A stretch of DNA of 64,000 bases, taken from a virus (Duplodnaviria; Heunggongvirae; Uroviricota; Caudoviricetes). This document shows positions 47,955 to 56,970 of the stretch, piece by piece. A model generated the notes under the pieces. That model was not told the DNA's origin and searched no databases. It saw only the letters and a program-made list of their open reading frames with translations. The stretch's first letter is position 1. The number at the start of each line of letters is the position of its first letter. The position numbers and the translations under genes were made by a program. The DNA is taken from the IMG/VR virus record IMGVR_UViG_3300037245_002365. One strand, given 5' to 3'.

Positions 47955-48296
47955 TTATATTCTTGCCCATTTGTATGTTGCGTCGTATTGTATAGTAACA
48001 CTGTTTGTAGCGACTACATTTAGATCGCTATCAAGTTCATCGATAGTATTTCCATTTCTTGCTATTGTGCAGACAAAGGTTGAATTTATACATTTAATAT
48101 TATATACTTGTCCCTGTGTTGGGATTAGTGGAAGAGTGATCGTAACTGCGTTATTACTGGCATCAGCTAATATCGTGAAGTCTGTATCGGTAAGAGTGTA
48201 ATCTGCTGTTTTTACAGAGATTGTATGTATACTACCCTTTTGTATAATCTGTACAATCTGTTGATTGGTCGTATTTGTAGTTACTGCAATTGGCAT
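47955..48296 (-). CDS. Small virion-associated beta protein
   Basis: VKTADYTL..D..ILADAS..VTITLP..G..Y.IK pattern seen in phage fibre accessory domains. Confidence 0.55.
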   Translation of the reverse strand: MPIAVTTNTTNQQIVQIIQKGSIHTISVKTADYTLTDTDFTILADASNNAVTITLPLIPTQGQVYNIKCINSTFVCTIARNGNTIDELDSDLNVVATNSVTIQYDATYKWARI

Positions 48297-48721
48297 TAGC
48301 CTACACCTGTTATGTGTATACTAACATTTTCTCCTCCTGCTTCTCGAATTATAGAGAAAAAGGTGGCGCTTACCTGATCTAATGACAAGTTGCTATAAGC
48401 AGGTAAAATCGTATGACTGGCGTTAGCTGTAACAACTTCTCTTCCCCAAGTCACATAACATTTATTTGCTGTATCGTTTTGGAGTAAAATATCACGTACG
48501 CTTTCTATATCAAAAGTAGTAAAATTTGCTTGAACGGCAGTATCTGAACTTGTAGTTAGTACAAGATTCTCCGGATTTTGGTAAGTCCGGGTAAGGTGTG
48601 CTAGATGTGCTAATTGGGACACTACTTCCTCCTGAAATATTAAAATAAAGTAAGGTACATCCCAATATACCCCTTGACTATCTATGTATCTTAATGTAGG
48701 CATTAAGATACGTCTAGTCAA
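48296..48721 (-). CDS. Small beta-sandwich protein, paralog of 41300-41620
   Basis: See paralog; start may be ATG 48703. Confidence 0.6.
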   Translation of the reverse strand: MTRRILMPTLRYIDSQGVYWDVPYFILIFQEEVVSQLAHLAHLTRTYQNPENLVLTTSSDTAVQANFTTFDIESVRDILLQNDTANKCYVTWGREVVTANASHTILPAYSNLSLDQVSATFFSIIREAGGENVSIHITGVG

Positions 48722-48840
48722 GTTCTATTCTTTTATTCCATAGTGTCCCAAAAACGCACCAAATATATGCTGGTTATGTCGTTCCCCGTTACAGGCCGTA
48801 GGCCTCTACGCATCACGATTTTGGGATTTAGTTATTTAAC

Positions 48841-49272
48841 TTAGGTGTGGTGGGTGTCGCATCCCGGTGGGTACACTGGGGGTAGTGTGGGTAAGGGCGG
48901 TTTTGTGACATGTGAGCCTTTTGGTTTCTCATGCCAGACTCTGAACAATCTTGGGTGATCTCCCATTAAGTCTATACATCTTGGTTGACTGAAATCACAG
49001 TCGTCAAAATGATAATCGATCCCGTGCTCTTCTATAGCACGGGGTTTAAATGACCCTCCATGCATTTTTGAGTCATTAGGTCTTCCTAGCCAGAAATCGG
49101 GCCTAGGGAAACCTCGTTTAATCATGAGATCAATATCTCTTTCTCTAATTTTTTCGTGATGCCCGGTAAGCATCCCTACTTGGTGTCCAGCAGCTTGCAT
49201 TGCTTTCATAAATGCAATGAAGAATTCTTGGTGCTGCCAAGTTGTTCCATCGAAATCTAAACTAATTTTCAT
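48841..49272 (-). CDS. HAD-superfamily phosphatase-like protein
   Basis: ISLDFDGT (DxDxT), LTG, FKP..I..HFDD. Confidence 0.75.
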   Translation of the reverse strand: MKISLDFDGTTWQHQEFFIAFMKAMQAAGHQVGMLTGHHEKIRERDIDLMIKRGFPRPDFWLGRPNDSKMHGGSFKPRAIEEHGIDYHFDDCDFSQPRCIDLMGDHPRLFRVWHEKPKGSHVTKPPLPTLPPVYPPGCDTHHT

Positions 49273-49274
49273 TT

Positions 49275-49757
49275 TTATACTTCTACCTTTTTAATTATGT
49301 CTTGTAAATAAATCATACCTTCCAAACAAGCTATTTCCGCTGCTTTGTTTTTAGATACCCATTCTGGAATATCATTACCATACATAGCTTCCATGATTTC
49401 ATCCTTCATTTCTTGTCGGCCTTTTTTAATAAGATTTTTCTCAATAACCTTTTCAAGACGACCTAATAATGCTTCTGCTTCCTCTTCGGTAAACGTATCT
49501 ATGCCTGTTACTTTTTCACATGTCTTACATATTCTATATAAAATGCCCTTTTCATCTTCTGGGTTTTCAAACCAAAGTTTATGTTTAAAGGCCTTAAGTC
49601 GTTTCTGCGGTGCTTCACACCCTTCATAGTGTTGCAAGAATGCTTTATAAAACCATTCGTCTCTTGTCATTTTTGCTACTTCTTTCTTATGTTCCTCATA
49701 ACTCGCAAGCAAAGGAAGCCACTCTTCCTCTGTCAGTTCTAATTCTGGATTATTCAT
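49275..49757 (-). CDS. Hypothetical protein
   Basis: Clean co-oriented ORF; CKTC. Confidence 0.55.
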   Translation of the reverse strand: MNNPELELTEEEWLPLLASYEEHKKEVAKMTRDEWFYKAFLQHYEGCEAPQKRLKAFKHKLWFENPEDEKGILYRICKTCEKVTGIDTFTEEEAEALLGRLEKVIEKNLIKKGRQEMKDEIMEAMYGNDIPEWVSKNKAAEIACLEGMIYLQDIIKKVEV

Positions 49758-49763
49758 TTTATC

Positions 49764-50129
49764 TTAATATCCTATAAATTTCATTAAGTCTTCATTATCT
49801 AATATATAATTAATATTGTCTGCAATCATGTTCGCTTCTCGGTAAACCTTATTGGTACCGTTTGCTTCATTTATTACCCAGAAGGAAAGACGTCCTATAT
49901 GACCATTCTCTATCATATCATTATCTTGTATCTGTAATGACCAGCCCGCATATGCATCAGGTCCTCCATATCGTCTATCTAAAGCGCGCGCCACAATATA
50001 TAATGGCTCAAAACTCTCCGGTTTAAATGTTATGAAAAAGGACGTATGATCAAGAGAACTTGTTTGCTCTGCTTTTATTCCTGGTATCCTGTTCATCGCT
50101 TCATATAATTTTTTATGTTCTTTATTCAT
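49764..50129 (-). CDS. Hypothetical protein
   Basis: Clean co-oriented ORF. Confidence 0.55.
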   Translation of the reverse strand: MNKEHKKLYEAMNRIPGIKAEQTSSLDHTSFFITFKPESFEPLYIVARALDRRYGGPDAYAGWSLQIQDNDMIENGHIGRLSFWVINEANGTNKVYREANMIADNINYILDNEDLMKFIGY

Positions 50130-50132
50130 TTT

Positions 50133-50447
50133 CTATTGTCCTTTATCTGAGTAATCTAAATTAAGTATTGTGTAGTCATGTAAAGCGTGTTCCACACACT
50201 TCGATACTTCCCATCCATTGCCTTCTTCATGTAGTGAACCATCAAAATAAAAGTAATGACCCACACCCGAGCATCCCACCGAATATAATGTATTTTCTTT
50301 TAAAGGTGGGATCATATACAAGTCTCTCATACTATCCGGCATAATCTCTGCCTTTTCTATTTCATAATCTATTTCATAATATACTCCCATAGAAAATACT
50401 TCATTTATTTCTCTAAAATCACACATTACATATCCACTGTTCTCCAT
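50133..50447 (-). CDS. Hypothetical protein
   Basis: Clean co-oriented ORF. Confidence 0.5.
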   Translation of the reverse strand: MENSGYVMCDFREINEVFSMGVYYEIDYEIEKAEIMPDSMRDLYMIPPLKENTLYSVGCSGVGHYFYFDGSLHEEGNGWEVSKCVEHALHDYTILNLDYSDKGQ

Positions 50448-50707
50448 TGTAATTGTGCCAGATGCTCGCGTTCTGCTTCTTTTTCTAAAGATGCAATCCA
50501 GCCCGGCATTAGGCTTAAATCGTTTACATCGCTAGGTTCTGTAAACATACTATTTTTATATTTTTCAGGTTCGCTAGTGAAAAACTGAAGTTTAAATACA
50601 TTTCGTACTTGACTCCAACTAAGCCCATCGTCCTCTGAACACATTATTCTATACCAATCATCATAACCAGATTGCTCTGCCATATATAATCTTTTGTAAT
50701 TAAACAT
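50426..50707 (-). CDS. Hypothetical protein
   Basis: TAATG-coupled. Confidence 0.5.
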   Translation of the reverse strand: MFNYKRLYMAEQSGYDDWYRIMCSEDDGLSWSQVRNVFKLQFFTSEPEKYKNSMFTEPSDVNDLSLMPGWIASLEKEAEREHLAQLQWRTVDM

Positions 50708-50943
50708 TAAAATTCACCTTCCCATGACACAAGCCCATTCTCGGACTTATAATTTACACCTAATTGTTTTAACCTTTTTTTATCATCACTAGTTATTTTA
50801 TAGGGCGGTAATTTGTCATACAATGGATCACTAAAATTATAGTAATCGATATCATAGTGGTCGTCTCGACCACTATAGATTTTAGCGTTTGGATTCGCGT
50901 TCTCTATAATCTGTAATACTTCTATTAGGTCTTTAATCTTCAT
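50707..50943 (-). CDS. Hypothetical protein
   Basis: MKIKDLIEVL start; TAATG-coupled. Confidence 0.55.
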   Translation of the reverse strand: MKIKDLIEVLQIIENANPNAKIYSGRDDHYDIDYYNFSDPLYDKLPPYKITSDDKKRLKQLGVNYKSENGLVSWEGEF

Positions 50944-51380
50944 TAATGAGGACCCACGTCCTCATCCGGTTCTTCTGCTAATGATGGTTCCTTCGGTATT
51001 TCAAACAATGCATTTCCATATATCTCAAAATCTAACGTGTCCCCATTACGCCCTTCTGGGTGAATATAGATTATTACTGTACCATCTTCAACACGAGCCT
51101 GTATCGTATGTGTTTGATGCCAACCCTCTTCTCCACAATAGTATTTCTTGAAATACTCTTCTAATGTCATTTGTGCTCCACACGCTACTTCATTCATTCT
51201 TATCATTTCTCCTACGCATTCTTTTGTCATCTTTATAATTTTGTTCTTTGTAATTGTATCTATAATTGGTCTATTAATCAAAGGTCTACAAGCAACTTTA
51301 ATAAAACTTTCTGTATAATCCAGTGCTTGCTGTACTTGAGGTGTATATACCTCTTTTTCTTTCTTTAATTCATCGGCCAT
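50943..51380 (-). CDS. Hypothetical protein
   Basis: Clean co-oriented ORF. Confidence 0.55.
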   Translation of the reverse strand: MADELKKEKEVYTPQVQQALDYTESFIKVACRPLINRPIIDTITKNKIIKMTKECVGEMIRMNEVACGAQMTLEEYFKKYYCGEEGWHQTHTIQARVEDGTVIIYIHPEGRNGDTLDFEIYGNALFEIPKEPSLAEEPDEDVGPH

Positions 51381-51386
51381 AATACT

Positions 51387-51815
51387 TTATACTGGTTCCC
51401 ACTGATTCAGTCTTGAGAGATATTGTGTTTTCTCGTGATCTTCTAATTTCTTTTTTAACTTTTTAATAGCGTCAAGAGCAACGTATATTAAATCAGTTCC
51501 TGGGAACAGACTTTTTAAGTCTGCTGCAACAAAATCCCACGTTCTACCACTATCTCTTGATTCAGCTAATCTAAACTTTTTTAACTTACCTAACTTTTCT
51601 GCTCTATATAACCTTTTTAATGTGTCTACATTATGCTCATATAAATATATTTCTTTTGCGTTGACGCATGGCAAGTCTATTCTATTACCAGCAACGTCTC
51701 TTAAGGCTATCCACTTAAAAGGTTCTAGGTGTATTATTGTGTGATAAAGCCCTTTATAAACAACTTGTGTATCTCTTGGGTATGCTCTTCCTAAATTTAT
51801 TAACTCTAATTCCAT
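51387..51815 (-). CDS. Hypothetical protein
   Basis: TAATG-coupled. Confidence 0.55.
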   Translation of the reverse strand: MELELINLGRAYPRDTQVVYKGLYHTIIHLEPFKWIALRDVAGNRIDLPCVNAKEIYLYEHNVDTLKRLYRAEKLGKLKKFRLAESRDSGRTWDFVAADLKSLFPGTDLIYVALDAIKKLKKKLEDHEKTQYLSRLNQWEPV

Positions 51816-52087
51816 TATGGCTTCTCAAACATATCCGGGTGATTCTCATATACATCTGTTTCTCCGTGTACATGAACTCTCATTGAGTTTAGTAAATCTG
51901 TTATAAATTCCCTTGACGGCAATTCTGTCAAGTACTTTAATTTATATATTGGCTCTGGTGGTGCTTCATTGATGATAAACTTCGGTGTTTCATCTAATTC
52001 TTCTTTAATACCTTCCATACGAGCTTGGAGAGTTTCGACTTGTTCAATTATTTCTGGTAAATGTTCTGTGTAATCTATTGTTTCCAT
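51815..52087 (-). CDS. Hypothetical protein
   Basis: Clean co-oriented ORF. Confidence 0.55.
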   Translation of the reverse strand: METIDYTEHLPEIIEQVETLQARMEGIKEELDETPKFIINEAPPEPIYKLKYLTELPSREFITDLLNSMRVHVHGETDVYENHPDMFEKP

Positions 52088-52100
52088 TTTAAATCTTTGG

Positions 52101-52571
52101 TTAAGCGTTATGCTGTGTTAATGTTTTGAAGTGTTCGTCCGCGATATCGACGAAAATTTCTGGATCTTTTGAGTCGTATTTATAGTGGCAAGGTTTACAA
52201 CCTATTGCGACTACTGCGTGAGTAAGGTGATACTCGTGATATTCAATCTTTGCTTCATCTAAATCATTGTTGCATTTTTGAAGTGCGACAAGTGCTATGT
52301 CTTTTCTTTCATAGCCTAATTTGTGTATTGCTTGAATATCGTCTGTAATTGGTTCTCCACATATTCCGCAGGTTCCTCTATCTCTTGTAGCTTTTTTTGC
52401 TTTTAAATATTTTTGGGCTGTGTGATCTCGGAGTGAGAGTATGAAGTATTTTCTTAGTTCAAAGGCAGAGCCTAATTCCTTTTCATCATTTGTTGCTTGT
52501 ACTGCAACTTTTATATTTTTAATTAGTTTTTGAGCTTTAAGGAATTTTTGTTTTGCTAATTTAGCGAGCAT
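52101..52571 (-). CDS. Hypothetical Zn-binding protein, HNH-like pattern
   Basis: CGICG..IH ... GCKPCHYKYD. Confidence 0.45.
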   Translation of the reverse strand: MLAKLAKQKFLKAQKLIKNIKVAVQATNDEKELGSAFELRKYFILSLRDHTAQKYLKAKKATRDRGTCGICGEPITDDIQAIHKLGYERKDIALVALQKCNNDLDEAKIEYHEYHLTHAVVAIGCKPCHYKYDSKDPEIFVDIADEHFKTLTQHNA

Positions 52572-52608
52572 TTATTATTTTGGTTTATTTCGTAACTGTC
52601 TATACTTA

Positions 52609-52638
52609 AATATAGACATTTTTTTAGTGGTTGGTCAA
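52609..52638 (-). promoter_or_regulatory. Sigma70-type promoter TTGACC-N18-TATATT
   Basis: At the strand switch, divergent from GGTATAAGAA at 52670. Confidence 0.65.
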
Positions 52639-52669
52639 TACTTATTTTGATTGGAAAGAGGTCAAATTT

Positions 52670-52679
52670 GGTATAAGAA
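52670..52679 (+). promoter_or_regulatory. GGTATAAGAA motif, copy 4
   Basis: Exact 10-mer, intergenic. Confidence 0.7.
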
Positions 52680-52742
52680 TAATGTGCAACTCTAGCGGAT
52701 AGATGTGCAACAAAATTATTTAAATTAAAGACGGAGGTTACT

Positions 52743-53381
52743 ATGTCAAAGACTAATAAAGATATGCCTAGGGGATTTGTTGGTGTAGGATTCATTTCTC
52801 AAACTGGTCCTAAAGGGTTTATGGCCAGGATTGGTGTTCTACGTGAAAGGCGTGGACCACAGGAAGGTCGTATAATACAACCAATTGCTTTTGGTGAATT
52901 ACATAGTTCTGTTGGTGAGGCTAAAACCGAGCTGATAGAATTATGTCGTCAATACAGGCCATTCAAGGTTTGTGTTGTTCCAATACCTTATACTGGTCAG
53001 ACCGCTATAATGTATTATAAGGAGCTGAGAGGTAGTAGTCAAGCTCCTAAATTACCGGAAGTAGCGGAAAATTTGCCATCCGAAACTAGGGCTAAAAAAC
53101 CTATTGAGTATGTTGCGTTTATCAAAACCAATAAGAATGGTAGAATGCGCGGCGTAATGGGTAAACTGCTGGCAGTTGACGGACCAGACGCAGATAAGTT
53201 CATACAGATACTTGGGGTGAGTGAACTGTTTGAGGCTCATCAGCTTAGTCAGGCAATCGCTGACTTGCAGGAAACAATAGATGGTTGTGGACAACCCATG
53301 TTTAAAACATGTTTTACTCCTGTAAAGGGTAGTGGTATTGGTTTCTGGGAATCAATGTTAAAAGAACCGGAGGTTCATTGA
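52743..53381 (+). CDS. Hypothetical protein with an internal two-fold repeat
   Basis: SD GGAGG; the two halves share FI....G....G.L....GP....IQ..G..EL. Confidence 0.6.
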   Translation: MSKTNKDMPRGFVGVGFISQTGPKGFMARIGVLRERRGPQEGRIIQPIAFGELHSSVGEAKTELIELCRQYRPFKVCVVPIPYTGQTAIMYYKELRGSSQAPKLPEVAENLPSETRAKKPIEYVAFIKTNKNGRMRGVMGKLLAVDGPDADKFIQILGVSELFEAHQLSQAIADLQETIDGCGQPMFKTCFTPVKGSGIGFWESMLKEPEVH

Positions 53382-53881
53382 TGTGGGTGTATAATGCATG
53401 GGGGTCAATGTTATTTAGTTATGTTCGTAATTGGAAACACATTGTGGTGTCAGTTGTGATTGGAGTACTTGCTTTTCACCAAATCGTTTTCACACTCATA
53501 CTTGTTTCTCCTCCGGAAGGTAGAGTAGAGGTAGAATTCTGCCACCACTTACCAAACGGCAATAAGGCAATTATGATTGGTGATGTTGTTTACAACCAAG
53601 ATAATGCTATGAAACGCATTGAAGAGGTTGGGTATATGAGCATGATTGGTGAGATGCATGCTGCTATGAAAGAGTATGTCGCCTTTTCTGATGCCTTAGT
53701 TAAAACAAACCCACGTATGTTTACTATGGTGTTCAAACGTGGAAATGGGATTAACAACGATTTGGTCTCATCTACTCCTACAGTACTTGGGAGTGAGATT
53801 AGATCCTGGGATGCAAGTATCGATCCTCATGGGTTGATTTTTGAGATACGATTAAATATAAAACGAATAAAACTACCGTGA
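53378..53881 (+). CDS. Membrane-anchored hypothetical protein
   Basis: N-terminal TM helix. Confidence 0.55.
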   Translation: MMWVYNAWGSMLFSYVRNWKHIVVSVVIGVLAFHQIVFTLILVSPPEGRVEVEFCHHLPNGNKAIMIGDVVYNQDNAMKRIEEVGYMSMIGEMHAAMKEYVAFSDALVKTNPRMFTMVFKRGNGINNDLVSSTPTVLGSEIRSWDASIDPHGLIFEIRLNIKRIKLP

Positions 53882-53909
53882 CTTTTCGTCATGGGAAAGG
53901 AATCATAAT

Positions 53910-54167
53910 ATGTGGAAGAACTTGGTGATCGCGGCACTATTGATTTGCCTTGGTGTGATAAATTACAACGTAGGCACTTCAGGTGGAACGGAAGCAAAAG
54001 GGACAGTAGAGCTGTCAAGTACACATCCGGTGGAGAACTGTGAGGAGCTAATATCTACTTACAAGTTACTGGTTGAGAAGTATAAAGAACGAAATGCTCT
54101 GCAAAATCTGAAGATTGCAGCGTATGAAAAGTTTGTCGATAAAGTTGATAAAACGTTAGGTCGATAA
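53910..54167 (+). CDS. Small exported/membrane-anchored coiled-coil protein
   Basis: N-terminal hydrophobic helix; SD AAAGGA. Confidence 0.6.
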   Translation: MWKNLVIAALLICLGVINYNVGTSGGTEAKGTVELSSTHPVENCEELISTYKLLVEKYKERNALQNLKIAAYEKFVDKVDKTLGR

Positions 54168-54182
54168 TAAGAAAGGAATCAA

Positions 54183-54476
54183 ATGAAAATCTTTAAACAG
54201 ATATTCAGCACGAGCATGATAGGTACATGGATTTTAGCTCTGTTTACCTGTGGTGTTCTTTGGGGAGTTACGATGACTCACCATAAAATGACGTTAGATC
54301 GTGACGCTGCATTAGCAACGATGCATAAAACGTCTGTGAACGACCATCCTGACTACAAAGGTGTCGGTCCTCCGTTCACTCTGCCTGCGGCAACTCCAGT
54401 ACAGGTTGATTTTGTCGATGGGATTGAAATGGATACAACTGGTATTAATAAACCACTCGCGTGGTTAGAAAGGTAG
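54183..54476 (+). CDS. Membrane-anchored hypothetical protein
   Basis: N-terminal TM helix; SD AGAAAGGA. Confidence 0.6.
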   Translation: MKIFKQIFSTSMIGTWILALFTCGVLWGVTMTHHKMTLDRDAALATMHKTSVNDHPDYKGVGPPFTLPAATPVQVDFVDGIEMDTTGINKPLAWLER

Positions 54477-54480
54477 TATC

Positions 54481-54954
54481 ATGAGTAGATGGTTTAGTAA
54501 AGAAACTTCATTTATTGTTACTGTTGCCCTCATACTTCTTGTTGCCTTTATAATCGGTAAGATTGGGAAGGATATTGAGGAAGCTACCGGACAGATTGAG
54601 TATGTAACTGAAGTGGCAGAGGCTGCTATAGATACAACGGTCAAAGTTGTTCGTTACGCTTTTGAAAATCTGGATACTGCTGCAGTAAACGGAACATTTC
54701 GTGAATATGCTGAAAGCGCACGCGAATTCAAGGATGGTATTAAGAATGCAGTTCGAGAAAAACTGCAGAAAACCGGCGGAGAAAGTGTGACCATTACTGG
54801 TTGGCGCGTTCTCAGATTTCCGGGTACCATTGGTGAAGACGAGATAAAACGTCGCATAGCCGTTATGGATTGGTCGAATGTGGCCGTCCCTGATGGAATC
54901 GAGATTATCAGCATCTATACAATCGCCACCTTGGGCGGGAAGGCGGCTGAATAA
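54481..54954 (+). CDS. Membrane-anchored hypothetical protein
   Basis: N-terminal TM helix. Confidence 0.6.
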   Translation: MSRWFSKETSFIVTVALILLVAFIIGKIGKDIEEATGQIEYVTEVAEAAIDTTVKVVRYAFENLDTAAVNGTFREYAESAREFKDGIKNAVREKLQKTGGESVTITGWRVLRFPGTIGEDEIKRRIAVMDWSNVAVPDGIEIISIYTIATLGGKAAE

Positions 54955-54979
54955 GCTTCTGAGCAGCTTAGCTAGATTT

Positions 54980-55007
54980 GTGGGGGCCTTTATTGGCCTC
55001 CACTTTT
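54980..55007 (+). terminator. Intrinsic terminator
   Basis: GTGGGGGCC-tttatt-GGCCTCCAC plus TTTT. Confidence 0.7.
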
Positions 55008-55055
55008 CTCTAGCTTAGGGGCGAAATTCTTAATGTAAAAAAATCGGAGAGTATT

Positions 55056-55322
55056 ATGAGTGGTGTGAAAGCAGGATTTGCAAAATTGGAATTATATGCG
55101 GGCGATAGCCATGGGTTTGGGTACGCCTTGATTTTTGTTGAAGGTAAGGAAAGGCACCGTGAATTCCGGGACGTGTCCGATCCAGACATTCGCCTTAGTG
55201 GTAGTGGGTTCCTAACTCGGGACGGAGCACTCGGTTCAGCAGCATCGATTGCTAGCGGGATAAATATCAAAATTACTAATAAAACTGCGTTTAAGGATGA
55301 GATACAGGCTCTATTTGATTAA
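55056..55322 (+). CDS. Hypothetical protein
   Basis: SD GGAG, 88 aa. Confidence 0.5.
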   Translation: MSGVKAGFAKLELYAGDSHGFGYALIFVEGKERHREFRDVSDPDIRLSGSGFLTRDGALGSAASIASGINIKITNKTAFKDEIQALFD

Positions 55323-55351
55323 TGATTTTAGGTGTTTTTCTGTATTTTCTA

Positions 55352-55361
55352 GGTATAAGAA
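55352..55361 (+). promoter_or_regulatory. GGTATAAGAA motif, copy 5
   Basis: Exact 10-mer followed by TAGTACAATGTAATC. Confidence 0.7.
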
Positions 55362-55426
55362 TAGTACAATGTAATCAATACACTAACAATCAGTTGGTGT
55401 TTTAATCAAACCGAAAGGATACTATC

Positions 55427-55600
55427 ATGAAGATGACAGCAAAACAACACGCACACTCATTAGAAATGAAAAGACAAGCTGCTGAGCAAATGCAGCCTTT
55501 CATTGACAATGGCACCATCATCCGTAAGGGTTCTTCTAAAGCAACCATTGGTGGTGATGTAGGCAGTGGATCAAACTTCAAGCGTTCGTTTAGCAGATAG
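55427..55600 (+). CDS. 57-aa hypothetical protein missed by the ORF track (MKMTAKQHAH...)
   Basis: SD GAAAGGA; flanked by the motif and a terminator. Confidence 0.6.
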   Translation: MKMTAKQHAHSLEMKRQAAEQMQPFIDNGTIIRKGSSKATIGGDVGSGSNFKRSFSR

Positions 55601-55607
55601 TAGATAT

Positions 55608-55638
55608 AAGAAAGAGCACGCCTGTGTTCTTTCTTTTA
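55608..55638 (+). terminator. Intrinsic terminator
   Basis: AAGAAAGAGCAC-gcct-GTGTTCTTTCTT plus TT. Confidence 0.75.
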
Positions 55639-55671
55639 CCTTAAGAATTCGACTGCTCTGCTGTCGAATTT

Positions 55672-55681
55672 GGTATAAGAA
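55672..55681 (+). promoter_or_regulatory. GGTATAAGAA motif, copy 6
   Basis: Exact 10-mer preceded by the inverted repeat AATTCGAC..GTCGAATT. Confidence 0.7.
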
Positions 55682-55715
55682 CAGAGTAACTAACAATAAT
55701 AAAAAAGGAACTATT

Positions 55716-55886
55716 ATGTTTAGGTTTAGGTTACTTGGAGTGGCGTTTTTAGTGCTAGGGTGTGTTCTGTTTGGAACTTTAGTGTCTATTTTTGGACTCG
55801 GTGAAGCGTTCGGTCAAGTTTGCGCTGGAGCATTAACTGCTGGAACGTTTCTTGGTGGTGGATATTTAATTTTGGCTAATTACTAG
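55716..55886 (+). CDS. 56-aa two-TM membrane protein
   Basis: SD AAAGGA places the start at 55716; the longer track ORF runs through a terminator and the promoter motif. Confidence 0.6.
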   Translation: MFRFRLLGVAFLVLGCVLFGTLVSIFGLGEAFGQVCAGALTAGTFLGGGYLILANY

Positions 55887-55897
55887 AAAGGAATCAT

Positions 55898-56359
55898 ATG
55901 ACTGACAATAATGATCGTAAACCTGCCTTAAGAGACGATGTCGATGGAGGCACCCCGTGGTATGTTCGTGTGAGTTTTCTTATCCTTTTCTGCATTCTAG
56001 TGGGGTATACTTACGCAGCCACTCGTGATAACCATATGCGTTTAGTTACAGGATTGGAATCCTGTGAAATAATTATGCGTGATGGCGAGCATGGGAAGTT
56101 TGACTTGACATATGTCTGGTCAGGCGATCTGTCGTACGAGATTAAGGGCAAGTTTATACTTGATCCTTATTTTGCGGATAGGATGGAAGTGTTATATAAC
56201 GATAAGTACTTATCAACATTCTTGTTTGATAATATCAAAACGTTTGTTGACTCCGACAGTGTTTCTGTTGGAACCATTCCTATTGTTGAACACACTGACC
56301 TTATTGAGGAGATTGATATAATCACTATTGGTATATTAATGCCTAGTCGAGGTTTGTAA
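55898..56359 (+). CDS. Membrane-anchored hypothetical protein
   Basis: One TM helix near the N-terminus; SD AGAAAGGA. Confidence 0.6.
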   Translation: MTDNNDRKPALRDDVDGGTPWYVRVSFLILFCILVGYTYAATRDNHMRLVTGLESCEIIMRDGEHGKFDLTYVWSGDLSYEIKGKFILDPYFADRMEVLYNDKYLSTFLFDNIKTFVDSDSVSVGTIPIVEHTDLIEEIDIITIGILMPSRGL

Positions 56360-56389
56360 TTAAGTTTGAGAACCTGTATGGGATCAGGA

Positions 56390-56420
56390 GGAAGTGGGCG
56401 GCTTCGGCCGTCCGTTTCCT
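56390..56420 (+). other. Stable GC-rich hairpin with cUUCGg tetraloop (terminator or RNA-stability element)
   Basis: GGAAGTGGGCGGC-TTCG-GCCGTCCGTTTCC, intergenic. Confidence 0.55.
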
Positions 56421-56443
56421 TTCCCTTTACATAAGGAAATAAT

Positions 56444-56953
56444 ATGCCTACTAATAGAAGTGAAGTTGCATGGTTTTTTAGAGAGCAAATAAAAAACGCA
56501 GAAAGAATGAACATGGATTTTGGTTATCAAGAAAACCATTATGCGAGAAGTATTATTTCTAGAAGTAGGAATATTCTTTGTGGTATGTTTAGTTCGGTCG
56601 ATATAGGATCATTTCCTAGATATGATGAGGACGTAATCTCCGATTTTGAAGGCTTTAGCGATTTTGATAGTTGTGGTTCTTGTCCTTTGCGAATTCCTGG
56701 ATGTACAAGATTTAAGGCTATACGAGAATTAATTGGTGCACAATTAGAATATTACAATCGTTATCGTCGCGTTGTTAACACTGATGAGCCACGAACAGTA
56801 GAAGAGAAAGCTGCTAGAAAAAAACTCATAGAAAAGTATAAAGTATATGGAGAGCTCCTGAAGAAGATTTGGGAATTAATAAAACCTCTTTCATATAAAC
56901 GATTTACTAAAGCAGGATTTATACCATTTGAAGAGCTAGAAAGTCTTCTATAA
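56444..56953 (+). CDS. Hypothetical protein with Cys cluster
   Basis: CGSCPLRIPGC. Confidence 0.55.
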   Translation: MPTNRSEVAWFFREQIKNAERMNMDFGYQENHYARSIISRSRNILCGMFSSVDIGSFPRYDEDVISDFEGFSDFDSCGSCPLRIPGCTRFKAIRELIGAQLEYYNRYRRVVNTDEPRTVEEKAARKKLIEKYKVYGELLKKIWELIKPLSYKRFTKAGFIPFEELESLL

Positions 56954-56955
56954 TT

Positions 56956-56965
56956 GGTATAAGAA
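56956..56965 (+). promoter_or_regulatory. GGTATAAGAA motif, copy 7
   Basis: Exact 10-mer immediately before a structured RNA candidate. Confidence 0.7.
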
Positions 56966-56970
56966 CTATA

